DNA of 64,000 nt from Torpedo marmorata (Eukaryota). Under the pieces are notes generated by a model. It was not told the DNA's origin. It was given only the letters and a program-made list of their open reading frames with translations, and ran no database searches. The position numbers and the translations under genes are program-made. Below, one piece after another: positions 24,178 through 35,500 of the stretch. The stretch covers positions 36,270,001 to 36,334,000 of the forward strand of contig OZ360251.1 in the NCBI GenBank assembly GCA_977017645.1. Direction: 5' to 3'. Within the stretch, counting starts at the first letter, position 1. Each line of letters starts with the position of its first letter.

Positions 24178-25667
24178 AGATGGGGGAATGAGGGAGAGAG
24201 GGGGAATGAGGGAGAGAGGGGGGAATGAGGGAGAGAGGGGGAATGAGGGAGAGAGGGGGGAATGAGGGAGAGAAGGGGAATAAGGGAGAGGGAGGGGAAT
24301 GAGGGAGAGAGGGGGGAATGAGGGAGAGGGGAATGAGGGAGAGGGGGAATGAGGGAGAGAGAGAGGAATGAGGGAGAGAGAGAGGAATGAGGGAGAGAGA
24401 GGGGAATGGAGAGAGGGGGAATGAGGGAGAGAGGGGGGAATGGAGAGAGGGAATGGAGAGGGGAATGCGGGAGAGAGGAATGAGGGAGAGAGGGGGAATG
24501 AGGGAGAGAGGGGGAATGAGGGAGAGAGGGGGGAATGAGGGAGAGGAAATGAGGGAGAGAGGGGGGAATGAGGGAGAGAGGGGAATGAGGAAGAGAGAGG
24601 GGAATGAGGAAGAGAGGGGAATGAGGGAGAGAGGGAATGAGGGAGGGAGAGAGGGGAATGAGGGAGAGAGAGGGGAATGAGGAAGAGAGAGGGGAATGAG
24701 GAAGAGAGGGGAATGAGGGAGAGAGGGGAATGAGGGAGGGAGAGAGGGGAATGAGGGAGAGAGGGAATGAGGGAGGGAGAGAGGGGAATGAAGAAGAGAG
24801 AGAGGGGAATGAGGGAAAGAGAGAGGGGAATGAGGGAGAGAGAGTGGGGAATGAGGAAGAGAGAGAGGAATGAGGGAGGGGGAATGAGAGAGAGGGGGAA
24901 TGAGGGAGAGAGAGAGGGGGAATGAGGGAGAGAGGGGGAATGAGGGAGGGGGAATGATGGAGAGAGGGGGGAATGAGGGAAAGAGGGGGAATGAGGGGGA
25001 GAGAGGGAATGAGGGGGAGAGAGGGGAATGAGGGAGAGAGAGAGAGGAATGAGGAAGAGAGAGAGAGGAATGAGGAAGAGAGAGAGGGGAATGAGGAAGA
25101 GAGACGGGAATGAGGAAGAGAGAGGGGAATGAGGGAGGGGAATGAGGAAGAGAGAGAGGGGAATGAGGAAGAGAGGGAGGGGAATGAGGAAGAGAGGGAG
25201 GGGAATGAGGAAGAGAGATGGAAATGAGGGAGAGAGATGGGGAAATGATGGAGAGAGAGAGGGGAATGAGGGAGAGAGAGAGGGGAATGAGGGAGAGAGG
25301 GGGAATGAGGGAGAGAGAGAGAGGAATAAGGGAGAGAGAGGGGAATGTGGAAGAGAGAGAGGGGAATGAGGGAGAGAGAGGGGAATGTGGAAGAGAGAGA
25401 GGGGAATGAGGGATAGAGAGAGAGGAATAAGGGAGAGAGGGGGGAATGAGGGAGAGAGAGAGGGGAATGAGGGAGAGAGCGGGGAATGAGGGAGAGAGGG
25501 GAATGAGAGAGAGAGCGGGGAATGAGGGAGAGAGAGAGGGGAATGAGGGAGAGAGAGAGGGGAATGAGGGAGAGAGAGAGAGGGGAATGAGGGAGAGAGT
25601 GGGAATGAGGGAGAGGGAGAGGGGAATGAGGAGAGAGAGAGGGGAATGAGGAAGAGAGAGGGAAGAG
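24178..25667 (+). repeat. (GGGAATGAGGGAGAGA)n purine-strand minisatellite
   Basis: About 1.5 kb of 16-22 nt units, ending at an assembly gap. Confidence 0.95.
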
Positions 25668-25994
25668 NNNNNNNNNNNNNNNNNNNNNNNNNNNNNNNNN
25701 NNNNNNNNNNNNNNNNNNNNNNNNNNNNNNNNNNNNNNNNNNNNNNNNNNNNNNNNNNNNNNNNNNNCTCATTTGTACAAAACAATATTTATTTATTTTT
25801 ATAGATATAATGCTTGTCCTGCATATGTATTGTTTGTCTGTATGTGAGTTATGTCTGGTTGTGTGTTTGCGTGTTTTGCACCGAGGACCGGAGAACGCTG
25901 TTTCCTCAGGTTGTACTTGTACAATCAGATGGCAATAAATTTGATTTGACTTGACTTAAATAATCCCTTCCTAACCACAGAGCACCTTTAACAA

Positions 25995-27060
25995 CGTAAG
26001 AAATAGGAGCAGGAGTCGGCCATCCGGCCCGTCGAGTCTGCTCCCCCATTCAATGAGATCATGGCTGATCTGATGATAGGCTCATCTCCACCTACCTGCC
26101 TTTTCCCCATATCCCTTAATTCCCCTACTATGTAAAAATCTATCCAACCTTGTCTTAAATATATTTACTGAGGTCGCCTCCACTGCTTCAATGGGCAGCG
26201 AATTCCACAGATTCACCGCCCACTGGGAAAAGCAGTTCTTCCTCATCTCCGTCCTAAATCTACTACCCTGAATCTTGAGGCGATGTCCCCTAGTTCTAGT
26301 CTCCCTCACCAATGGGAACAACTTACCTACCTCTATCTTATCTATGCCTTTCATAATTTTATACGTTTCTATAAGATCCCCTCTCATTCTTCTAAATTCA
26401 AGCAAGTACAGTTCCAGACGACTCAATCTCTCCTCATAGGCTAACCCCCTCATCTCTGGAATCAACCTGGTGAACCTCTGCACCACCTCCAAAGCCAGTA
26501 CATCCTTCCTCAAGTAAGGAGACCAGAACTGCACGCAGCACTCCAGATGCGGCCTCACCAGTACCTTGTACAGTTGCAGCATAACCCCCCTGCTCCTAAA
26601 TTCAACCCCTCTCGCAATGAAGGCCAACATTCCATTTGTCTTCTTGACAGCCTGCTGCACCTGCAAACCAACCTTCTGCGATTCATGCACAAGCACTCCC
26701 AAGTCCTTCTGCACGGCAGCATGCTGCAATCACTTGCCATTTAAATAATATTCTGATCTTCCATTTTTCCTTCCAAAGTGGATAACCTCACATTTACCAA
26801 CATTGTGCTACATCTGCCAGATCCTTGCCCACTCACTTAACCTATCTATATCTCTCTGCCCAATTTGCTTTTCTACTCAATTTAGTGTAATCAGCAAACT
26901 TAGATACACTACACTCTGTCCCCGCTTCCAGATCGTTTCTGTATACTGTGAACAGTTGCGGGCCCAGCACCGACCCCTGCGGCACCCCTCTCACCACCAA
27001 TTGCCAACCAGAAAACACCCCTGCACCCCAACTCTCTGCTTTCTATTGGTTAACCATCCT
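25995..27060 (-). mobile_element. CR1 LINE 3' portion
   Basis: KDLGVLVHES, LVRPHLECCVQFWSPY and MRGDLIETYKIM motifs plus 3' UTR. Confidence 0.9.
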
Positions 27061-27879
27061 ATGCTCTAAGTGCTCTGTGGTTGGTAAGGGATTACTTAAG
27101 GTGGTATGTGAGGGGGGGAAAAAAGGTTGCGATCCACTGGGATGGACCCGTGAGTATGAACGGGCTGGAGGGATCTCTGTCAGGTGCAAGCAGTGGGGTT
27201 TTAGTTTGATTGGGTCATCGACAGATGTGGGCTGAAGGGTCTGTTCCTGTGCTGTTCTACATTCTACTGTCTATGTTCTATCTTCCATCTTCTCAGCAAA
27301 CCATTGCCATCCTGCCAACAGACACACCTCCCTCTGCTCCTTTCCACCCCAACCACAGCCCCCTGGGCCTGAATGGCCTCCTTCCCCTCCCCACCCAAAA
27401 ACACACCCAATGCAAAATTGTGAGTCAGGCCGCCTTTCCCAGGTACATGACATCGGGTGCTAGAAACACGGACCCAAATCGGTCCTTCTCCAGTCATGGA
27501 AGGGGTGGTCGGAGTAGGGCTGGGGGCGGCAAGGATTCAAGTTGTTTCTCAAGCACATCCTTTGACATTGAGGAAAATCGAGTTGGAGAAGTAAATGGTC
27601 AGACAAGGCGTGAAGAGCAAGTCCTTTCTTCCCATACACACAGGTAGACAGGGCAGTGAAGAAGCACGTCAGGAACAGGAGCAGGCCACTCGTCCCATCG
27701 AGTCTGGTTTACCCCCCCTCACCAATGGGGTCATGGCTGATCTTCTGGGGTCGCAGCTCCACCTCCCTGCCTTTTCCCTATCCCTCTTTATCCTCTCTGG
27801 GCAAAATTCCCTGGGTCTGAAACACATTAAATGAGGAGCCTCTACTGCTTCCCTGGTCAGAGAATTAATTAAAAAATTT

Positions 27880-28136
27880 TTTTTTTTAAAGTTTAGACAT
27901 ACAGCACGGTAACAGGTCCTTTCGGCCGATGAGCCCGTGCCACCCAATTACACCCAATTGACCTACAATCCCTGGTACGTTTTGAAGGGTGGGAAGAAAC
28001 TGGAGCCCCCAGACGAAACCCACGCAGACACGGGGAGAACGTACGAACTCCTTACAGACAGCACGGGATTCGAACCCCGGTCCCAATCGCTGGCGCTGTA
28101 ACAGTGTTGCGCTAACCTCTACGCCAACCGTGCCGG
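27880..28136 (-). mobile_element. tRNA-derived SINE (V-SINE-like)
   Basis: A-box/B-box head (GGTTCGAATCCC) followed by the GTTTGTACGTTCTCCCCGTGTCTGCGTGGGTTT core. Further + strand copies lie at about 16160-16340, 29613-29755 and 30288-30535. Confidence 0.8.
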
Positions 28137-28289
28137 CAAAATTCCAGGATTCACTGCTCTCTGGGAGAAGCAGTTCCTCCTCATCTCTGTTCCTCTCCCT
28201 CCCGCCTCCCCCTCTCCCTCCCCCCCTCTCCCTCCCTCTCCCTCTCCCCCCCTCTCCCTCCCACCTCTCCCCCTCTCCCATGTTGTTTC

Positions 28290-29080
28290 CTGGCAAGGGT
28301 GTGCTTGGTAAGTGGGAGGCCTTCAAAGGTGACATATTGAGAGTACAGAGTTTGTGTGTTCCTGTTAGAATTAAAGGCAAGACTGACAGGTACAAGAAAC
28401 TTTGGTTTTCGAGGGATATTGAGGATGTGTTGGCAAATGTGAGGTTATCCACTTTAGAAGGAAGAATGGCATGGTTGGCGTGGTGGTTAGGGTTAGGTGG
28501 GTGGAGATGAGCCTATCATCAGATCAGCCACGATCACATTGAATGGCGGAGCAGGCTCGACGGGCCGGATGGCCGACTCCTGCTCCTATTTCTTATGTTC
28601 TTATGTGGTTAGGAAGTGGAAGAAGAAGGAAGTGCCGAGAAGGTATCGGCAGCGAGGAACAAACGAGGTACTTGAGGAGGACAAATGCAGAAAAACACAA
28701 GAAGGAGGTCATCAGGGCAAAACGAAGGCATGAGCTGGGTCTGGCAGACACAGATAGAAATTCCCAAGAGCTTCCAAGGGGAAAATCTCAGATGGAGCAA
28801 AAGGACAGCAAGGGACAACATTGGTGCTCTTGAAGATCAGAGGGGTCATCAATGCATGGAGCCAAAAGGGAAGGGGGAGATCTTAAATAGGATTTTTGCA
28901 TCTGCATTTACTCGGTGAACACACACTGAGTCGATGAATGTGAGGCAATCAGTGAGGTCATGGACCTATACAGATTACAGAGGAGGAGGTGCTTGATGTC
29001 TTGAGGCAAATAGAAGTAGATAAATCCCCAGGGCCTGACAAGATAGTCCCTCGGACCTTGAGGGAGGCTCGTGCAGAAAT
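28290..29080 (+). mobile_element. Degenerate CR1 fragments
   Basis: [17 protein letters not shown] motif, with an interleaved CR1 3' UTR piece. Confidence 0.7.
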
Positions 29081-29447
29081 GAGAGGGGAGGAAGGGGAGG
29101 GTGAGAAGGAGGGGCAGAAGGGGAGGGGGAGAAGGGGATGGAGGATGGGAGGTGGTGAAAGTAGAGGGGGAGAGGAGGGGGGAGGGGGAGTGGGGAGATG
29201 GAGGGAGAGGGAAATGGAGGGGGAGGGAGAGAGGAGAGAAAGGGGGGAGGGGAGGGAGAGGGAAAGGGAGAGGGGGAGGGGAGGAGAGAAAGAGGGAGAG
29301 AGGGGAGAGTGAGGTACAATGGGGCACCTGTCGAAGTTGTTGAGGGATGGGGGAGTTTTCCAAGGGAGTAGAGGGAAGTTGGGCTCAGAGCGGGCATGGC
29401 GGAATGCACTGACCTGTCGTTGTTTGGCTTCAGCTCCGGGAGAAAGG

Positions 29448-29505
29448 ATGAAACTGCTGAGCGTCATCCTACTACTGTCTCTACAACGAGCCAAGACGGC
29501 CACAG
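29448..29505 (+). CDS. CA coding exon 1 (signal peptide [19 protein letters not shown])
   Basis: AGGATG start, hydrophobic core, phase-1 donor CAG|GTGAGT. Confidence 0.88.
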
Positions 29506-32500
29506 GTGAGTCTGGACATTTGTCTCAGCAGGGGCTACCCAACCTGAAATCACACGGGGAGGTCAGGGAACGTGAACAGGGAGAAAGAGGTTATTTAATT
29601 TGCAGGGTGGTTGATTAGCATAGCAATTTGCGCAACGCTATTACAGCGCCAGCGACCCGGGTTCGAATCCTGCGCTGTCTGTAAGGAGTTTGTACATTCT
29701 CCCCGTGTCTGCGTGGGTTTCCTCCGGTACTCTGGTTTCCTCCCACCCTCCAAAGACTGAATCTAAAGGCGGAGTACGTGGTTAATAGAAGGATTCTCAG
29801 CAGAGTGGAGAAATAGAGGGACCTTGGAGTCCAGGTCCTTAGATCCCTCAAGGTCACCACGCAAGTTGATAAGATGGTTAAGAAGGCGTAAGGTGTGCTG
29901 GTCTTCTTTAAGAGGTGTGAGGTGATATTTCAGCTCAGTTAAACTCAGGTTAGACCACACTTAGAATAGGCAGCCACAGTTTTGTAAGGGGGTAAAGGTA
30001 AAGGTTCCATTATTGTCACGTAATACTACATTTAGCATGTAACATACATGAAATTCTTTAATTTTGTCTACCGTAAGGCAGTCAAAGGGTCGCTATTTTG
30101 TCCAGCGCCCCTCACAGAAACCTACAGCACCTGGTGTTCCTTGGCGGTCTACCCTCCAAGTACTGACCAGTCCTGTGCCTGCTTAGCTTCCGAGATCAGA
30201 CAATCCCAGTCGTATTCAGGCTATTGGTGCTATTGGGAGATCATGTCTCACAAATTTGATTGTGATTTTTGAAGATGTTCGCTGAGCGGCACGTTAGCGT
30301 AGCGGTTAGCGCAATGCTGTTACAGCGCCAGCAATCGGGACCGGGGTTCGAATCCCACGCTGTCTGTAAGGAGTTTGTACGTTCTCCCTGTGTCTGAGTG
30401 GGTTTTCCCCGGGGGCTCTGGTTTCATCCCACCGTTCAAAATGTACCGGGGGTGTATGTCAATCAGGTGTAATTGGGCAGCACGGGCTCGTGGGCTGAAA
30501 GGGCCTGATACCGTGGTGCAAGTCTAAATATAAATGTGTCAAAGAAGGTTGCATACATAGATTTCAGCAAGGCATTCCATAACGTTCCACACGGTAGGCT
30601 GCTCTGGAATGTTAGATGACATGGGATCCAAGGAGAGACAGCTCCTGGTGTGGTCTGACCCAGAGAAAGGAGACTGGAACTGTGCACAGTGCTCCCGGTG
30701 TGGTCTGACCCAGGGATACAGAGGTGGGAACTGTGCACGGTGCTCCCGGTGTGGTCTGACCCAGGGATACAGAGGTGGGAACTGTGCACGGTGCTCCCGG
30801 TGTGGTCTGACCCAGGGATACAGAGGTGGGAACTGTGCACGGTGCTCCCGGTGTGGTCTGACCCAGGGATACAGAGGTGGGAACTGTGCACAGTGCTCCC
30901 GGTGTGGTCTGACCCAGGGATACAGAGGTGGGAACTGTGCACGGTGCTCCCGGTGTAGCCACCTCCACCTTACATCTATCACAGATAGGATTAACGTTAG
31001 GAAAAATACGAGCCAACCTGGCTTGCCCAGGGATTCTAACTTAGCGACAGGGATATCGGGAATGCTTGGTGCTCACAATGTGATCAGACACTAATTTTTA
31101 TCACTTTATTTTTCTTCAGGCCCATTCTGCTATCATGACCCAAAATGTGGTAAGTTGATCAACATTGTCACCGCTCAGATGCGACCTGGTGTCACGGTGA
31201 GTTAGTCACACTGTCCTGTCCCACTCTGGGACTGAGAGACTCCAGTCAGTGCACAGATATCCCCTTGAGAGTATGGGAACGGAGAGATACCAATCAGTGT
31301 ACAGATATCCCCTGAGAGACACCGGTCACTGTATAGATATCCCCCCCACTCCCCCAAGAGAGAGGGGCGGAGAGACACCAGTAAGATATCCCCCTGAGAG
31401 AGGGACGGAGAGACACTGGTCAATGTACAGATATCCCTCTGAGAGAGAGGGACGGAGAGACACCGGTCGGTGTACAGATATCCCTCTGAGAGAGAGGGAC
31501 AGAGAGACACTGGTCAGTGTACGGTCAGAGCCTAAAGACGAGCACTCAACGGCACAAGGACAGCTTCTTCCCCGCTGCCATCAGATTCCTGAATAATCAA
31601 TGAACCAAAGACACTGCCTTACTTTTCGTGCACTATTATTTATATTTTTTTTATAGTAATCTCGTAAGATGGTTATAATATGAATGTTTGCACTATGATG
31701 CTAACGCAAAACACCAAATTTCATGACTTGTTCATGACAATAAATTCTGATTCTGTACAGATATCCCCCTGAGAGAGGGACGGAGAGACACCGGTCAGTG
31801 TACTGATATGCCCCTGAGAGAGAGGGACGGAGAGACACCGGTCAGTGTACGGATATCCCCCTGAGAGAGGGATGGAGAGGCACCGGTCAGTGTATAGATA
31901 TCCCCCCCACCCCTCGAGAGAGAGAGGGACAGAGAGACACCAGTAAGATAACCCCCCGAGAGAGGGGCAGAGACACCAGTCAGTGTACAGATATCCCCGA
32001 GAGAGAGAGGGATGGAGAGGCACCGGTCAGTGTACAGATATCCCCCTTAGAGAGAGGGATGGAGAGATACCAGTCAGTGTACAGATATCCCCCTGAGAGA
32101 GAGGGGCGGAGAGATACCGGTCAGTGTACAGATATCCCCGAGAGAGAGAGGGATGGAGAGGCACCGGTCAGTGTACAGATATCCCCCTTAGAGAGAGGGA
32201 TGGAGAGATACCAGTCAGTGTACAGATATCCCCCTGAGAGAGAGGGACAGAGAGATACCGGTCAGTGTACAGATATCCCCCTGAGAGAGAGGGACGGAGA
32301 AATACCGGTCAGTGTACAGATATCCCCCTTAGAGAGAGGGACGGAGAGACACTGGTCAGTGTACAGATATCCCCCTGAGAGAGAGGGACGGAGAGATACC
32401 GGTCAGTGTACAGATATCCCCCTTAGAGAGAGGGACGGAGAGACACTGGTCAGTGTACAGATATCCCCCTGAGAGAGAGGGATGGAGAGACACCGGTCAG

Positions 32501-35500
32501 AGTACTGATATGCCCCTGAGAGAGAGGGACTGAGACACAACTTGGAGGAAGGGTTGGGGAGACCCCGGACAGTGTACCCATGACATGTCTGTCGTGATTT
32601 CTCCCCCAGATCCTCGTACATGGCCAAAGCAATATCCAAGCTGCAATGGCACCCACCAGTCTCCCATCGACGTGTTGACCTACCAGGCTCAGCGTAATGA
32701 CCACCTCGGTCCCTTCAACCTCACTGGCTACAGTAACCCGCAGTTCCTGCTCAACATCAAACACACCAAGCACACTGGTGAGCGCAGGTTCCAGCCTCTC
32801 CCAACCCCCGTGTCCAGCTCGTCCAAGGGCACCAGGAAAGTCCCAGGCTGCATTCCTAGCCTTGTTAACAACAACTTCCTGAGGTGGACGCTTGACCTCG
32901 CCCACCTCCTCTCCCGTCTACTTCACGAAGTGTGTCCCATAGGGAACATTGTGAATGGTAAGGGGTGTTGAAGGACAAAGGGACCTCGTGGTACAAGGGT
33001 AGGACACACATCATGAATGGCAGGGAGTGTCGAGGGACACTGCAGAGTTCCTGTCTCCATGTCGCTGGGTCAGACCACACCGGGAGCACCGTCCACAGTC
33101 CCTGTCTCCGTCTCCCTGGGTCAGACCACACCGGGAGCAACGTCCACAGTCCCTGTGTCCATCTCCCTGGGTCAGACCACACCGGGAGCACCGTCCACAG
33201 TTCCTGTCTCCATATCCCTGGATCAGACCACACCAGGAGCACCGTCCACAGTTCCCGTCTCCGTATCCCTGGGTCAGACCACACCGGGAGCATCGTGTAC
33301 AGTTCCCATCTCCGTATCCCTGGGTCAGACCACACCGGGAGCATCGTGTACAGTTCCTGTCTCCGTATCCCTGGGTCAGACCACACCGGGAGCATCGTGT
33401 ACAGTTCCTGTCTCCGTATCCCTGGGTCAGACCACACCAGGAGCACCGTCCACAGTTCCCGTCTCCGTATCCCTGGGTCAGACCACACCGGGAGCACCGT
33501 GCACAGTTCCCGTCTCCGCATCCCTGGGTCAGACCACACCGGGAGCACCGTGCACAGTTCCAGTCTCCGTATCCCTGGGTCAGACCACACCGGGAGCATC
33601 GTGTACAGTTCCCGTCTCCGTATCCCTGGGTCAGACCACACCGGGAGCATCGTGTACAGTTCCCGTCTCCGTATCCCTGGGTCAGACCACACCGGGAGCA
33701 TCGTGTACAGTTCCTGTCTCCGTATCCCTGGGTTAGACCACACCGGGAGCATCGTGTACAGTTCCTGTCTCCGTATCCCTGGGTTAGACCACACCGGGAG
33801 CATCGTGTACAGTTCCTGTCTCCGTATCCCTGGGTCAGACCACACCGGGAGCACCGTCCACAGTTCCCGTCTCCGTATCCCTGGGTCAGACCACACCGGG
33901 AGCACCGTGCACAGTTCCCGTCTCCGCATCCCTGGGTCAGACCACACCAGGAGCATCGTGCACAGTTCCAGTCTCTGTATCCCTGGGTCAGACCTCACCG
34001 GGAGCATCGTGTACAGTTCCCGTCTCCGTATCCCTGGGTTAGACCACACCAGGAGCACCGTCCACAGTTCCTGTCTCCGTATCCCTAGGTCAGACCACAC
34101 CAGGAGCATCGTGTACAGTTCCTGTCTCCGTATCCCTGGGTCAGACCACACCGGGAGCACCGTCCACAGTTCCTGTCTCCGTATCCCTGGGTCAGACCAC
34201 ACCGGGAGCATCGTGTACAGTTCCCGTCTCCGTATCCCTGGGTCAGACCACACCGGGAGCACCGTCCACAGTTCCTGTCTCCGTATCCCTGGGTCAGACC
34301 ACACCGGGAGCATCGTGTACAGTTCCTGTCTCCGTATCCCTGGGTCAGACCACACCGGGAGCACCGTCCACAGTTCCTGTCTCCGTATCCCTGGGTCAGA
34401 CCACACCGGGAGCATCGTGTACAGTTCCTGTCTCCGTATCCCTGGGTCAGACCACACCGGGAGCACCGTCCACAGTTCCTGTCTCCGTATCCCTGGGTCA
34501 GACCACACCGGGAGCATCGTGTACAGTTCCTGTCTCCGTATCCCTGGGTCAGACCACACCAGGAGCATCGTGTACAGTTCCTGTCTCCGTATCCCTGGAT
34601 CAGACCACACCAGGAGCACCGTCCACAGTTCCCGTCTCCGTATCCCTGGGTCAGACCACACCGGGAGCATCGTGTACAGTTCCTGTCTCCGTATCCCTGG
34701 GTCAGACCACACCAGGAGCACCGTCCACAGTTCCCGTCTCCGTATCCCTGGGTCAGACCACACCGGGAGCATCGTGTACAGTTCCTGTCTCCGTATCCCT
34801 GGGTCAGACCACACCAGGAGCACCGTCCACAGTTCCCGTCTCCGTATCCCTGGGTCAGACCACACCGGGAGCACCGTGCACAGTTCCCGTCTCCGCATCC
34901 CTGGGTCAGACCACACCGGGAGCACCGTGCACAGTTCCAGTCTCCGTATCCCTGGGTCAGACCACACCGGGAGCATCGTGTACAGTTCCCGTCTCCGTAT
35001 CCCTGGGTCAGACCACACCGGGAGCATCGTGTACAGTTCCCGTCTCCGTATCCCTGGGTCAGACCACACCGGGAGCATCGTGTACAGTTCCTGTCTCCGT
35101 ATCCCTGGGTTAGACCACACCGGGAGCATCGTGTACAGTTCCTGTCTCCGTATCCCTGGGTTAGACCACACCGGGAGCATCGTGTACAGTTCCTGTCTCC
35201 GTATCCCTGGGTCAGACCACACCGGGAGCACCGTCCACAGTTCCCGTCTCCGTATCCCTGGGTCAGACCACACCGGGAGCACCGTGCACAGTTCCCGTCT
35301 CCGCATCCCTGGGTCAGACCACACCAGGAGCATCGTGCACAGTTCCAGTCTCTGTATCCCTGGGTCAGACCTCACCGGGAGCATCGTGTACAGTTCCCGT
35401 CTCCGTATCCCTGGGTTAGACCACACCAGGAGCACCGTCCACAGTTCCTGTCTCCGTATCCCTAGGTCAGACCACACCAGGAGCATCGTGTACAGTTCCT

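Noticed and set aside
22866-25785. Pro/Ser/Leu-rich and Gly/Glu/Arg-rich ORFs
   Set aside because: Translations of GA/CT simple repeats.
30288-30360. tRNA gene
   Set aside because: A/B boxes are present, but the sequence runs into a SINE core found in several copies and forms no complete cloverleaf.
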